Part shown: positions 49,549 through 64,000 of the stretch, piece by piece | Layout of the letters: each line of letters begins with the position of its first letter | Position numbering within the stretch: the stretch's first letter is position 1 | Position numbers and translations under genes: made by a program | Assembly (NCBI RefSeq): GCF_009834535.1 | Contig: NC_045698.1 | Span: 8,620,001-8,684,000, forward strand | Direction: 5' to 3' | Origin: Camelus ferus | Taxonomy: Eukaryota | DNA length: 64,000 nt | The notes under the pieces: model-generated | Databases searched by the model: none | The model's input: only the letters and a program-made list of their open reading frames with translations | Told to the model about the DNA's origin: nothing

Positions 49549-52500
49549 GGCATAAAATAATGCCAGGCCTGTGGTACACACTCTGCATGTTGGAGAGACT
49601 CAAAGTCAGTGGTGGGGAGAGGGAATGGAAGTCTTTGGGTGAGCTCTGATTGGAGACGTAGGCACGGAGAGGCTGGAGGTGAGCCGGCTAGAAGGACCTG
49701 GCCTGACTTGAAGGTGCTGAGAGAACACAGGGAAGCTGGCAGGGGCTGAACAAGTCCTTACTGCTCTGGGCTGACTGCTTCAGACGCTGTGGTTTGGCTT
49801 CCTGGGCTGGCAGCTACAGAACCTGTGGGTCAGAGCTCCACTGTTACATATGGCCTAGTCGTTGGCTCTTTGTATATGCATACACCCATTTGTATATTCA
49901 AATCTAATCCCCATTTTGGTTGCCCTCTTGTCTGTGGGAAGTTGACTAGGTCAGGGAGCCACAAGATCTAGCTCTGTACTGCTTGGGGGTTGTGATAATT
50001 CTCCTTAGTCAACTGTACTTTGAGATCTTCTTGACCTTTTTGTTGTTGTGTCGTCATGGAGATCGTCTGGCAAGAGAGCAACTTCATAAAAGAATCAAAG
50101 ATTCTGGAATAGAATGCATCAGACCACCATCAGGACCATCATGACAAAAGCAGGAGAATAAACAACATTCCCTGTGAGATGCTTTGGAACCATCAACCCC
50201 AGTCACCCAATTCAGGCCAAGAGAGCAAATCCCATACAGCATGAGGATCAGCCTCAGAGAGCCAGGTAATTTTTTTTCCCTTAAGGCATTGTGTAGCCCA
50301 TCATACCTCATCCATTTCACTGATCCAAATACAACACAAAGTCTTAGCGATGGCATAGACACCACCCTGACTCGCCAACAAGAAATCTAGAGCAGAGTAA
50401 TTATCTATCATGACTTTTGCCAAGTTGAGACTGATCTAGATTCCATTTATGACAAAAGGGTTATCATTAATAATATTTGTCAAAGGTAGTGAAGAGTTTA
50501 TTACACTCTTTTTTGTTTGTATAATTCCCCTCCACTGGGAACACCGCCCTGATTGTTCACGTAAACAATGAGTCAGTATTTCTCCCCGGTAGATTGCCTG
50601 CGTAATCAAGAATGCCCTTGTTTTGAAGCTCATGTCTGGTTTGGAATCGCCTGCCTTGATTATTTATGGGATTAGTGTCTCTGTGTACAGAGAAGTTTTG
50701 AAATACCACCTTAAAGTGCAGGAGGCTTCGGTCTGAGACAAGCAGGTCCAGGTATCTTGACCACAAAGGAAGTCATATCTGGTAGCAGCACATGGTGATC
50801 TGGGAGAACAGATGTTTATTACAGCAGGTTCAAACCATGACTTTAAATAATCTGGGTTACATATTTGGATCCCTAGCAGTATCTTCTCGGTAGCAAGGAG
50901 TTAGCTTATTGTCCTACAAAGGTTGCTGAATTCAAATTTAGAATTACCTAAGGTCTAACAAACAGATTGTAATAATTGGCTCTTTTTCTGGTTATGGGTG
51001 GATTTGTTTAAGTAAGGTCATTTGCCCCTGGAGCTGCAGGTGGAAATACCATCAGCTGTAGTTTTGTAAGGTTTCGTTTGATGAGACCAGAACTGCCCAG
51101 AGGGGAGGTACCGTGGGAGTCTGGTGACGGGTGGCTCCCCAGCAGTCTGTGAGACTGAAGGCAGTGGGTCTCTGAGAATCCTTGGCATGGGATCCCCCTT
51201 GGAATCGTCTTCAAATTGTGTGGAAATCTGAATTGATTCTTTCACTGTGAAATGTGAACCTAAGGATCGACTCTTTAGAATTTCACTGCTGTATCTGTTG
51301 TGGACAGTACCCGATAAGATACAGTCAGAAAAACACATTCAAATCCCCTGGAGAGTAGAAGGTGAATAAAATCCGTCTGATGGTGTTTAAAGGTCCCTTT
51401 CAATGTAGTTCAAGTTGTGCCTTCTGATACACAGAATCTTCTGGTTGAATATTATGGAGAGACTGTTCAGGAAGATGTCATGGGAAGGTGACCCTAACCT
51501 GTTGGTGATAGGGCTGGATAGAGCATGTGAGTCCCTTGGATCATTTTAAGAAGTCTTCATGCAGCAGGGAAGTAAGAAGGTGAGATTCCTAAAGGCATCA
51601 GTCTTCCAGCTACTGGTTCACAAGAAGATAACAGATGCGGCGCTAAGGGAGTGAACCACATGGCTGTGAAGGCCAGGGGGCATTCCCGGAAGAGGGAGCT
51701 CAAGGGTTTCTGAAAGCTTTGCTAATTCTAATGTAAGGATGTCCTTGGTTCCTTCAACCTTCCCATAAGATTGTAGGTAATAACAGCACTGTAGTATTTG
51801 AGTAAGTGTTCATTAAAAACGTTAAGAGTTTTAAAAAATAACAGGTCCTATAAAGTGCGTGTCTCGGTCCCTTCATAAAAAAGTTGGAAGCAAAATCAAG
51901 CAGCTTTTTAGCAACTGTAATTGCTGTAGATCTTCAGAAACGAAAACTTTCAGCCCCATCCTGAAAATAGATACATAATTACTAAACATATTCAAATCCC
52001 ATGAAGAATGGACCCTGAATAAAAATCCATCTCACTGTGTTCAAAGGGACTTTAGAATCTTCGGCTGTGGGTGACCTATACAGTTATGTTGTTGACATAT
52101 GCCATGAAAATACGTCAGCTGTCTTTTTAAATTTTCTCCATGAAGGTTGATTTAAGATAAGCAGTCAGTCTGTCTGTGTCATCGTGAGTATTTTCATGGA
52201 GCATTTAGCTAGCCTCCAGTTAAAATCATCTGGTACCACCAAGGGTCTATCTTGGGAGAGCCAGAGATGATCTGAATGCAGGGCACAACCAAATGGTTTC
52301 ACTCTTTTTTCATAATCAGAAACTAAACACTGTGTTTTATAATGGCCTTTTTGAATCCCTCTGGAGATTTATCCTTTGAGGCTTTAGATAGACTTGTAAC
52401 TGGTCAGGAAGACTACCTGTTTGGCTGGAGAATTTCTTTTAGTTTCCATACTATCTTTTCACATGGGCTTAAAGCTTCATAATAGCCATCTCTCTAGAAG

Positions 52501-53599
52501 CAAGGGTACACCTAAAGGTTTCTTAACTTGTGGTCTTATTTTCTTTTCGGTGGGTGTTCCAGTTAATGAGAAAATGTTTTGTTTCCCAAGCACCCCAAAG
52601 TCATGCACTCCTTCAAAAGTACACCTGCTGTCAGTAAGGATGTGCGCTCTGAACTGTGGAGACTCAAACAGGAGTGGGGGAGGTTTGTCGTGCGAAAGGA
52701 GAAGGCTTCAGATGTGCTTGTAGTGGAGACAGTTGACATGGGGAAGCTGGAGGCAGGGAACTGGAAGTGGGGCATCTCCTGTGATTGGTTTGAAGAACGT
52801 ATGCGACTTTCTTTAGTTGGTCCTGCTTCTTAGCAGGGGCAAAAATGAAAAAAGCTGGCAGTCCTTGGCCATGTCCTGATCTCTCTGGGTCTCAAACCTG
52901 CAGAGGCTGGTGAGTGGCTTCCTGAGCTGCTTGCTGAGAGGTTGTGAGTCAGAATTCTCTTGTCACCCACAGCCTGATCAAAGCTTATTTGTATATTTAG
53001 CCTCTCAGTTCATCATTAGGAGTAATATTATCAATAAGATATTATATTGCAAAGAAAGAAATGTTGTTGCAAAGAAACAAGCAAATATTAGAGCAGAAAA
53101 TTAATCTACTTAATCTACTTAAGCACTTAATCTACTCCTCTTAATTTGCCTTATAAAAATGTACATAAAATCCTTGGCAGAGATTCTGGAATGGTTAAAT
53201 ATCACAAACATATTGTGAAAGTCTGCCTTTAAATTTTCTTGAAAGTCAATACAGTATGTCCCTGCCATCCATCAGGGCAGCCCAGGGGTAATCATAACCT
53301 ACTATCAATTTCCTTGTAAGACTCACCCTCCTAAGGGAAGGGTGTCTTCAGCCCAGTTTGTCTGTCTTTCTATATATCTTCCCAGAAGTTTCATTAGACC
53401 ATGATTTCACATACTTCTAGGGGGATTTTAAAATTCCTGCTCATGTTTTGTAACAGAATTATGTGCATGTCTCCTAAAATGTGGATGCGTATCTTACTAA
53501 CCTTCATTCTTGAGTGTCCCATCTGAAATTGCCTTCTTTTCCAGGCTAGGTTTCACTTCATGTATGTTTGATTCCTTTTCTCACAAACCTTCCAGTTCT

Positions 53600-53900
53600 G
53601 CAGTTCCCCAAAACGTTGATTCCTACCCCTGCCTCCGATATCTCATCCCCTGTGTCTGCATGGAGCTAAATCTACCTTTAAAATTGATCTTGGCTCTATT
53701 TCTCTCTCTCTTTTCTTTCACTGACACCTCCCTAATTTAGGTTCTCATTAAATTTCATGTAGCGTAGTGCTCTGTCACATTCTAGCCATTCTCAGTCTGA
53801 TTCAACATAACCATTGCTGCCAGCTTAATTTTCCTGAAAGTTGTACCGGACCATTGAATTCTGCTGTTGAAAAACTTCAGATCCCAAACAGCTTAGCCAT
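53600..53900 (+). mobile_element. L2 fragment
   Basis: ccattgctgccagcttaattttcctgaaa...tctgctgttgaaaaacttcag. Confidence 0.45.
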
Positions 53901-56900
53901 GGGGTTCTCTGCGCTCTCCATCACCATCCTCTGATACTACCCTTTTCCCTGTTTATGAGTTCCTATAACTTAATTGGAGCCTCTCATGTTAATTACTTCA
54001 TATTCTCAGCTTTGCATCAAAAACATCTATGTACACGATTGATTTCTTGAATATGTGTGAGCACAGGTGACTGTCCTTTATGACAGGATTACTGCATTCT
54101 GTTGATTCTTATTTTGTAGTTGGCCTTATTCCTTTGATAACTATGTAAGTTTAAAAAGCTAAAGCTCTAAACAGTTCTTAGAAACAATGAACAGTACATA
54201 GATGGAAATTTTTAAAAATACATGCAGTATGTTATATAGATGTATTTACATGCAATATATTGCATATGTGCAGTCAAATTGTAACAATTATACCTAACAA
54301 AACTGCAAAATAGAAAAAATAAAAACCAAAAAACAAATCTATATACGTGTCTAAAATTTCACTTTAACAGAAAGTTTGGAGATAGCATATTCAAGTCTGA
54401 TACATTTTTCTTTCTTTTTTTTTTTTTTACAGAGTTTAGAATAATGACAGCATTTATTAAATAACAAATTGAATAACTGAGTCAACAAACAAATATATAT
54501 GTTGAAATCACAAAAAATGCAATGATAGTGGCCAAATGTAAACTTTGATAAATGCTATGATTGTGGCAAAATTAGATGCTCTAGTGTCATAGTAGTTAAT
54601 TTTTACAGTGAACAGTTTGGATTTGAGATGAATCTGGAATGAATTATAGGATTTTCTCCACAGGGATAAGAGCAAACACCATGCTAACAACTGGGAATAT
54701 CTTCAGGAAAGGTTTTGATATCAGTTACAGTGAGCATCTTAATCTAGTTTGAAAATAGGGAACCTTGAGTATCATTGTATAAATATCTATTCCTCCACCC
54801 CCACCCCTGCATTTGTTTCCTTCTAAAATATTGAAATGGGTATGGGAAAAAAATGGTGTGGATAATAAATTATAAATTAAGTGGCACAATAAGTTGAACA
54901 CGTGATTTAAATTGAAATATTTTGCACTATGATAAACATTAGTAATTAAAGTTGTAAAAAATAGCTTTAACTCTGCCGTGGCAGAAAGAGAACAAAACAG
55001 GATCTAAGACACACATTTCTTCTCGACCTGATTTCAAGAAGAAACACTGGTTTATGGTGGAAAGTATCGTAAGGAAGAGCTTTGAAGTTATCACGTTAGA
55101 GACTTTCTGATGAGATCTGTGTTTTACCTCAGCATAAACAAAATACATGTGCAAGATTGGTTCCTTCTTTTTTCTTCTTTAATTTAGTTAAGAAGGAAAT
55201 CTTCCAAAGGGTTCTTGAACTAAACCTTGATTAACCAGAATATTCCTTTGTAAAGCAAATGGGAAAGCTTGCTATCACTATGAAGATGAGAGAATTTTCA
55301 GCCTTCTTAACAAAGCTCGCTTTCTCTCGAATGCTGGGAACCATCATTACCTCCCCCTGTAAAGATTTTGCGCACGGGTAGCCTGGGGAGGGATGAGAGC
55401 CCATTGGATCAATAATCTGGAGAGGAAGCTCTTGGGTAAAAACAAAATGCATAGCTGTGAGATCTCGGATTGCTTTTCCATCTTGGGAATTTTTAACCAG
55501 TGGAATCACATTCCAGGAAATGTGGAAATGGCTAAGACTCACGTGAATCCAGACAGCATTGACCCAGGTGACTCCATTTGTTTTATGAGAATGTTTTCTC
55601 TTTTCCTAGAGGTCAGAAGTGATTCTAAGCCAGGGAACTTCAAATCATCAAATCATTCTCACCTTTGTCTCAAGGAGGATCAACTAACAGCATGATCTTT
55701 TTGCCTTTGCCAACTGAAGGATACCATGCTATTTACCACCGTTCACATTCTGGCTTGGGGTACATCCCTCTTAGGATTAATGTCCCCATACTCTTCCCAA
55801 ATAGCCTGGGATGGGGGGGTGTACTGGTCTTAGGGATGCCTTTCCACCTTGCCCTGGATCAGAAAATGCAGTGGCGTGATCTTAACTCGTCCAGATATCT
55901 TTGAGATTACCCCAGAAAGGATAAATGTCAGATGAAGTGCTCCTTTTTTAAATTAAATGTTCCCTGGCTACTCCATCCAGGAGTGATTTAAGTGTCTATA
56001 ACTGTCCAGCATGGTTTGCCCTGCTTATAGGACGTTAATCACATTTCACCTTGAAGCCTTTACCTGTCAGACCTTCTCACTAAATCTCATGGTAGGTAGG
56101 GTTCTTCTGCAGCGCCAGCCCCCAGGAGAGCTTTGCATACGGTAAGCAGTCGTTGTGGTTTTTATGCCTGGATCACCAAATCTTAGTTCTTGCCATTTCT
56201 CTCGCAGCTCTAGAGAATACCATTTATACTGACATCATCAGTACATCTTTGGTTATATTTCATGGTGTGTATTTTCAGAATGGAAATTTTACATATACAG
56301 AATGTTATTAATTTTACATATTTACTTGAACATTCTGAGGCAACCTGCCATGTGTGCTTCCTATTTCATGATTGGCTGTAACTAAGCTGTCTTTACTATG
56401 TGATGGCTATTCCCTTGCGGTTGAAGTGTTGGGAGCACATGTGTTTAAGGAGGTCCAAGATCATGAACAGTCCTCAGGGGGAAAATGGGATAATGCACCG
56501 ATAATTGCTGCTGATTGCGAAAATAGATTTTCACCATTTCCTGAGATAAAAGAGAGTGTTGTTTAATTGCTGTAAATGTGTCCTATCCCTTCGGGAACTG
56601 GATTCAGAAGATAGTGCAGTGTTACACCTGGGAATCTAAATACAGCTTTGGGCTGATTGCTGATTATTATTTTTAGATCTCTGTAACCTCCAGTCTTAAT
56701 GTGCTACTCTATGACTACTCTGATAATGCCGTGAAACAATCCCATTAATTCTATTAATGTTGTGCCAGTGTTCGAGAAAGGGGTCAGTGTGTTTGGTGCA
56801 CTTAAAATTTTTATTTTAAAGAAAGGTTACACAGTTTGGAAAGCATAAAAAGGAGTTCTCAAATAAATTGAGACAGAAGTTTACTCTAACGGTCTTTGCA

Positions 56901-57359
56901 TCTACTATTATACTCAACCTTAATAAAACAACCATGCAACCCATGGACAGCAAATTTGGGAAATGAGCTTCTTGCACAGTGGAGATGTTAAACAAAGAAA
57001 TAATTTTACAGACAGTAACACTGTCTTACAGGTAGCTTAGAACTGAATTTCTTTTCAAGAGAGATAAGTTGTAATTCTGGCTTGAATCTTTCCTTCAGTT
57101 TCTCCCCGTCTTATTTTTTTTTTCTCCATCTCTGACATTAGATAATCTACATTTCATTTCAAAGATGATTGTGAAGTGCCTTGAAGCAAAACCAATACAA
57201 AAGGGAAATAGAATCAAACAAATTATTAAGACTATTCTCACTCATACATATAAACCAATAACAAAATAGCAAATGTTTCACTGGTAGGATACATTTGATC
57301 ATTGAACAATAAAGCAAACCTTGTATTAGAAATTTATTACATTTTAGTCTCCGTAAGTA

Positions 57360-57450
57360 GCTCTCTGGGTGCAAGTTCAAGTCATTTAGTATCTCTGTGC
57401 TTTAGTTGTCTTATCACTAAAATAATGGTTTTAGATTATTTTGAGGGCAA
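57360..57450 (+). mobile_element. MIR/MIR3 fragment
   Basis: caagtcatttagtatctctgtgctttagttgtcttatcactaaaat. Confidence 0.5.
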
Positions 57451-60400
57451 AACTTAGATCCATGAAACTTTAAGTATGGCGTTTGTATGCAAACGTGTAT
57501 GTTTAATAAAAAAAATCAAAGCTGATAGCAAATAATTTGCTTGGTTATGTCATTTGCTGAAAGGACATTTCTTTAAAAAAAAAAGTCATCCTGCAATTAA
57601 AATAAACAAGTAAAAAATACCCTAAACAACTATCAGAGAATTTTTGTCTTTAGAAGTGAAGAGCATTTTCTGTTTAGGGATTATAATGAAAAATGTTAGA
57701 AAAGTAATTTCTGAAAAGTAATTCATGTATTTTGCATATGGTTCTGGAACTTTTCCCATTATGTTATTTCCTCTTAACAGAATTAAAAAAAAAATTTCCC
57801 TGCAAATATTATTAAAGATGAAATTTTAATACTGCTAAAATTCACACTTTCTTACAAAGGAAAAGATCAGTACTTAGATAATTCACTAATCATAATCCAT
57901 TATTTGTGCGAATAGTGTTAATTTTATGAAGAACGGAGTCCAAATAACACAAAATTTACATGTGAAATATGTCATGCTTTTCCACACGGGAGTCAGAGTT
58001 TGCTTTATTTTAGTGATTTCACCTTTGGCATCTAATTCGGTGAGAAAACGGCCTTTACTTATGCTTCTTCCTTTCTTAATAAAGAAGAGTGTAGAGCGTA
58101 GGCCAAATTTCATTGAAGGGAAAGGGGAAAATTGCTGAAAAACTGCCTTGGGACAGAAATGTCAAACACTTGCAAGCCTAACGCTATTTGGTTCTCAGAT
58201 TAAATTCTCTCACAGGAAAGCCTGTACAAGAAGTTTTTTTGATAGCTTCCTTCTATTGCCGCTGCTCACAGGAAGGAAACAAATATATAAATCTCACACC
58301 CAAGCTCTCAATAGAAAGATGCTTCACCACCTCCATTTCATTTCATTTCACAAAAAAAGCAGGAGGGAAAACACTAAAAATCTGAGCTTCATACTCTTAC
58401 ACGTTGTCCTTTTTTCCCCCCTCCAATGCCTTTTTTTTTTTTTGATGCTTCACATTAAAAATACCTCGTGAGAAGAAGATTTTCTAAGATTGGATTTGAA
58501 TACAATTATTGAGAAAATTAACTGTATACTTGAAATGAGGGAGGCTTTTACACTCAAATTCTTGCTCAGACTGGCTTCAAATACATCACTTCCAAAGAGA
58601 CCAGAACATTTCTCGTGATAGCATCCTTCAAGAAATCCAAGAATTTAGACTGCTTTTTCACAGAGGAGAATAGATCAATTAACTCATAATCACTGAAGCA
58701 GCATAAGTTTTGGAAAGCAAAAGGAGGCACTCCTTTCTGTGTGTCAAAAAACTGATTCCTCTTTTTGAGTTGTAACAAAGGAACTCTTGACTTTCAGAGA
58801 TGCCCGCAGGTCACGAAGAGATTGCCCATCCCAAACAATCAGCCAGTACAGACGGTGAATTTGAATCTGAATCTGAACACAGCATCATGTATTAAGACCT
58901 GGGGGCGCCATGTCACTTTGTTCCGGAAAGCTAACCCAAGTAAAATTGTAGTTCTCATTTTAGCATGATTTATAGGTATTCTGCTTGATAACTTTTTACC
59001 GTGGTATTCTAGAGATGCTAATTTGTTAAGTTCTGTAATATCATCAAAACATAACATACTCCATGATTTAAAAAATGTGAGTCAGCTTCTCTCCCCAGAG
59101 CTCGTCTTTCTCTTTATTTTATAATCTCTCAGCTCATTTATGAGAATCCTATATGTATTTATTTCTATACTGTTGTTATGCAAAAATACTGTCATTAAGA
59201 AAATAATACCCATCCTTAGCTTTATTGTACCATTTAGTGGGACCAAGGAATAGAATATTGTGTTTTACAATCAAAATTGTTCATGTCTGTGTAAATAACG
59301 TTATGGATTGAATATTTTATTTTTGAAAATTTCCAGAGCTATTTGAACATAATTCTGCACAGACATGAGAAGATTAATGAACAGTCCATAAAATAATTAG
59401 ATCACTGAGACAAACCACCATTTTTTAAGACAGGCAAATAAAGATTTTTCTTCATATTCCTCATATGAAGATTCATGAAAGATTCTTCACAAGATTCTTG
59501 GAGATCGAAGACTGAAAAAACTTCACAAGATTTATTTTCTTCGAAATCACCTATGTATATAATACTCCACCACCTTTTAATATATCTTTCACCTCATTGT
59601 AATTGTTTTGAATGAATATTCTAGAAACCTGCATGCTTCCCTTTGAATGAGTTCCATGTCGTTTCGATGTTTGCACACCATGGCCAACTCCAGTGGATTG
59701 CATTACACAATGGGGAGCGGGGGTGTGTGTTACCATTTTGAGATTTCTGAGATATGAATGTTCTGAATTTTAAGATTTATGGTTCATAAAAATATCTTAG
59801 AATATTTTCTTTTCACTGTCATAAAAAAGTCACATGTAACAAACAGAATAGAATATAACATAAGTATCATCTTATCTCAAAAGAATATTTTCATTTATTT
59901 CCTTTTTTAAGAATTATTTCCTTTTTTAAGTTTTAAGAAACTAAAAATATCAGAGGATGATAAAACCAATAAAGTAAATATAAACTGACTAAAATTGTAA
60001 AGTATGAATCTTTTACGTACATTTTGTTCTATTATTTCAGGTTTTCTTTGGAGGAAAAAATAAATCATTTAAGAAGAAATTATTTGTTTCCATGGCTTCA
60101 AAAATAATATTCACAACATTAAGAAGACTGAACATAAAAATAATTAGTCATGCCATTATATCATTTGTAAAGTTTTGAGCGAGGGCATTTGAGACTAATG
60201 AACTCTGGTTCAAATTAGCATCAAATATGTTATTTAGCATCATTTATTCCTCCACCAGAGGAAGATAATCAAAGAGTCTTAAAAAGAAATTTATGTAAAC
60301 ATATAAGTCCATCATCAGAACTCTTTCTTGAACATTCACCACCATGAACACTTTTTTTTTTTGAGACCTCATTTTTTGAGAGACTTCTTTGTTCAAAAAA

Positions 60401-62221
60401 TTTGGATGTAGTAATGATAAAGAGTGAGTTTGTTCTCCTCTAGAAACAACAAGAAAATCACTCTCACTATAAATGCCTGTTCTTTTCAAAGACATTCAGA
60501 ACTGGTTTGAAACAATTTCAAAGTGTCCTGCCTCACCTCGTTAAATTTTCATGCTCCCTTAGTGCCAAGGGCTGCGTTAATGTTCACGTGAGTGAATAAA
60601 TGTATCTAAACCCAATCCTTGTTTTCTATTTTACGTTATATTTTAGTCTGCATTCATTACCTTTGCATTTGATAGAATTACGAGTATGTAAATCTGTGAA
60701 AACCCCCATTCCAATGAAAGAGTTCCTGGATTTTTATTAAAGTGTTGAATGAACTGTTGAAAACTGGGGACGTCAGTGGTCTAAAAATGCACATATATTA
60801 TTTTTTTCTTTAGAGTTCTTTTGTGTCCGTTTCTATTGTTCCGTACTGTTTATGATTAGCCAGTCAAATAGGGTATCCGTTTCTCTTTAGTTAATTTGAA
60901 TGAGGAATGTTGCAAGGGAGCAGAAACAGAGGCTGAGGAACTGTTTTCTTGGGAGACTTCCCCTAGATAAATGGTTGCAGACCTCAGCAAGTCCTGGTAG
61001 TGAACGTGCCTCAAGGGGTGTTATCTGTCCTTCATCTCCTCCAAAACTTCCTGTAGCTGAAGCCGGTGCTCTGAATATTTCAATCATCCAGAAGGGGGAG
61101 AAAATGAATATGGGTGTCAATCTTGGGATGGACTTCACTTTAGATATTTTAATTCTTCAATAAACTATTTTAGTTCAAGTTGACTTCTGACCTAACAATA
61201 TGGCAGTTCTGTATGGATGCCTGAGTTCTTCCTGCAGCAAAGTATCATTTTACAAATAAACCTTGGTTTCAATGAAATACAAACAAAGATTTAAGCAAAT
61301 TATTAAATTTAAAAATCAATGATAACTCTAAAATAATGTATTTTAAAAGTTATGCTCAGCAGAAGTGGAGAATTTCTTTCTTGCTTTCAGCAGGAAGCAC
61401 TCCAAAAATATTTGTTGATCTGAAGTGACATTACTTATCCAAAGTATTGTCCTTTTTAAAGTGGCCTCCTCTGAACTTGTGCTTTTAATCCAACAGTTAA
61501 AACCTCCTTGGGTACGTTTTCCTTGCAAATTGTCTCTAAAGCCTAAATACTTAGGACTGGTGAGATTTTGCTCATTAAATGTGAAATTCAATTTGGAGAT
61601 AGTAGTCCTTCAGAGAGAAGGTTGTGAAGTCCCACAGAGCAGTAGCCAATCTGCCAACCGCCACACCCTGGGCAAATCTATAGTTCTTGAGTTTTGTTTT
61701 AAACAAAAAAAGAAAGAAAAAAGAAAAGCAACACAAAGAAAAAATATTTTAAAAGAAGAAGGACAGAATTGTGGACACTCCAATTATATGCTGGAATTAA
61801 ACCCAACATCATAAGAGATGTCAGCATGACCAGTCTGGTCCAGAAAATTCAGGAGTTCGAGCCTGAAAGGCAAGTGAAATTAGTGCCAGGGGCCGGGAGG
61901 GGAGGGTTGCCTGTTAGTGAAAAAGACAGTTTGCGGAGTCTTTGAGCCATGCCACCTGTCAATTAAGTAACACATTTCATATTTAAATCTATACATTAAA
62001 TACATTTTACACCTATGTTATCTAATTTGTTACCCTGAGAATACTACTCCTATTTTCAATCTTGAAATGGAATTTATTTCAAATGTTTCATGGGTAATTG
62101 CTAAGAAGTTGCACAGATAAATACAAATAGAGTAGTTAATATAAATACAGCAATTAGATTTGCCTAATTTTTTCACATGGCTTATTTGATTTTTCCCATT
62201 GAATCTGTGCTAATAAAAATA

Positions 62222-62281
62222 ATATAGCCTAACATTGTAAATCAACTATACTGTAATAAAAAAGAAAAAAGAAAAAAGAAA
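62222..62281 (+). mobile_element. Very short L1 3' tail
   Basis: aacattgtaaatcaactatactgtaataaaaaagaaaaaagaaaaaagaaa. Confidence 0.7.
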
Positions 62282-62647
62282 TGATACAAAGTTTCTTATC
62301 TCTTTATAATTCCTAAAATTTCTACTTCATGAAAAATAATGGAAAATAATATCCAGCTTAATAAATAATAGTCATTTCTGTTAGATTTTCATTATACAGC
62401 TTCATATTTATCAGTGTAAGATTTATTTCCATGCTGTTCAGCACCTTTGTGCTGTATATAAGCTCAGCTAATATTAATATGCCCCCACTCCCCACTTTCT
62501 TAGGAAAAGAAGAAGTTATCCCAAGAATATGACAGTCTTCATTCTCTACAGTTACTTTAATCAACACTTCACTTCCAAGTATATCAGTGTAGTCCAGAAA
62601 AAGGAGAGGTCTTCTTGGCTCACTGTGGAATATGTTAATCCTCCTTC

Positions 62648-62669
62648 TGTGTGTGTGTGTGTGTGTGTG
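62648..62669. repeat. (TG)11 microsatellite
   Basis: Read directly. Confidence 0.95.
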
Positions 62670-64000
62670 GCAATGGAGCCCTCTTAAGCTAACCCAGCGT
62701 ATCAGCCACAAGAACCCAGCCTCCCTCTCCACGTGGCTACATCAAAAAAAAAATTTTAAGTGCAATATTTGCCTGTTTCTCATTCACATCCACGTCCCCA
62801 ATTCATGGTTAGAGTCTGTGAGCAACTGCAGAGAATACTTGTCCAAGGGCTTAGTTCCATAGTTTTAAGTGACATAGAAATTAAGAGACTAAGAGCCTAG
62901 TGTGGTTTATTCATATACTCACCTTATTATGATTGGATGCTGGGAAGACTTCAAAATTAAAAATTAACAGTGTTTCCTAGTTACCTCTAGTTTCTCCTTC
63001 TCTACTCAGCAAGCTCTTTGTTGCTTTCCTTTGTTTCAGAGAGGAATTTCCAACATTTTATGAAGAGGTCACAATGATGGATATAAATGGGTCTAAAAAT
63101 GAACAGTCTACAGAGTCATTAGCACAAGATTTTTTCCTCATACAAAAATTAAGTAACGTGCTTACTAAATATTCAGTGATGAGGGAATATTCTGTTGAAT
63201 ATTATGTGCTCCATGATTTAAAGACAATTCAAAATTTTGAATTAATAAAATGTCTTAAAATAGGGGATTGTAAATATCACAAGAATAAATTTAGAATAAT
63301 AAATATTTTATTATGAAAGATAAAACTGAACATATATTGCCAACATACTTAGGTATTTTCACAATTGTTTGAAATTGAGAATAAAATGTAATACAATAGA
63401 CTGTAATAGTAAATCCATAACAGTTTATAATCTATACTGTAAATTGATTCTCATCTCTCTTTCTCTATCAATCTAAGAAAATGTCACATACATATTTATA
63501 AATGAAGTCAATGATTTACTAATTTGCATACTGATGAAATATATTACCGAATTACTAATTAGGAATATGTCTTACATTTTTATTCGTATTGTATTGATTT
63601 CACAGACACAGTCTTATATTTACCACGTTTGACTGAAAAACCACAAATGCACTTTCAGCTGAATATTACATCATTTCAATAATATCTTTCAGATTTTTCT
63701 TTTGTAATTTACGTTAAACTTCAAATTTAGCCAATGTGTAAGTAATCAATATTTATACACTTTATAGATGTTAATATCAATTTAATAAAAATTATACCCA
63801 CTTATATCATTTTGCACACAAAAACGGCACTAATTTATAATCACTTATTTGTTTCCAGGAATGCGTAACTTCTTAATTGACAATTGTTGAAATCACAGTA
63901 TCTTTTATTTATTTTCCAGGTAGCTGGAATAGAGCTTGAATTTAGTAAAGTTTGATACTAAAGCACAGTGAACCCATTGTACTATTTTAATATCTGAATA

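Noticed and set aside
50000..64000. Short 60-130 aa ORFs in the distal upstream region as a second gene or processed pseudogene
   Set aside because: No recognisable protein similarity, exon chain, or poly(A)+TSD structure; consistent with intergenic DNA.

Overview
Mammalian genomic DNA, most likely camelid (two tRNA-derived SINEs resemble the camelid vic-1 family). The only protein-coding sequence I can support is the first coding exon of CTNND2 (delta-catenin) on the minus strand: 37 nt at 24462-24498 encoding MFTRRQSGAAPF+G, ending at a GTGAGT donor inside a CpG island of about 1.7 kb. Positions 1-24461 are therefore CTNND2 intron 1, and ~25.3-64 kb is upstream intergenic DNA. The rest is ordinary mammalian repeat content: L1, L2, CR1/L3, MIR, MaLR/ERVL/ERV1 LTRs, hAT MITEs and microsatellites. 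I see no new multi-gene system. The observations most worth checking are: (i) a uORF, perfect hairpin and cryptic splice donor packed into the CTNND2 5'UTR; (ii) an L1 insertion carrying an apparent 3' transduction at 38.6-38.9 kb; (iii) an intronic CpG-rich patch with an RFX X-box beside a perfect POU MORE palindrome; (iv) an old ~140-bp direct duplication flanking a nested L1>LTR>MER20 block; (v) an ERV1-type solo LTR with intact promoter motifs. Gene and repeat names come from recalled consensus sequences, not database searches, and most repeat boundaries are approximate.
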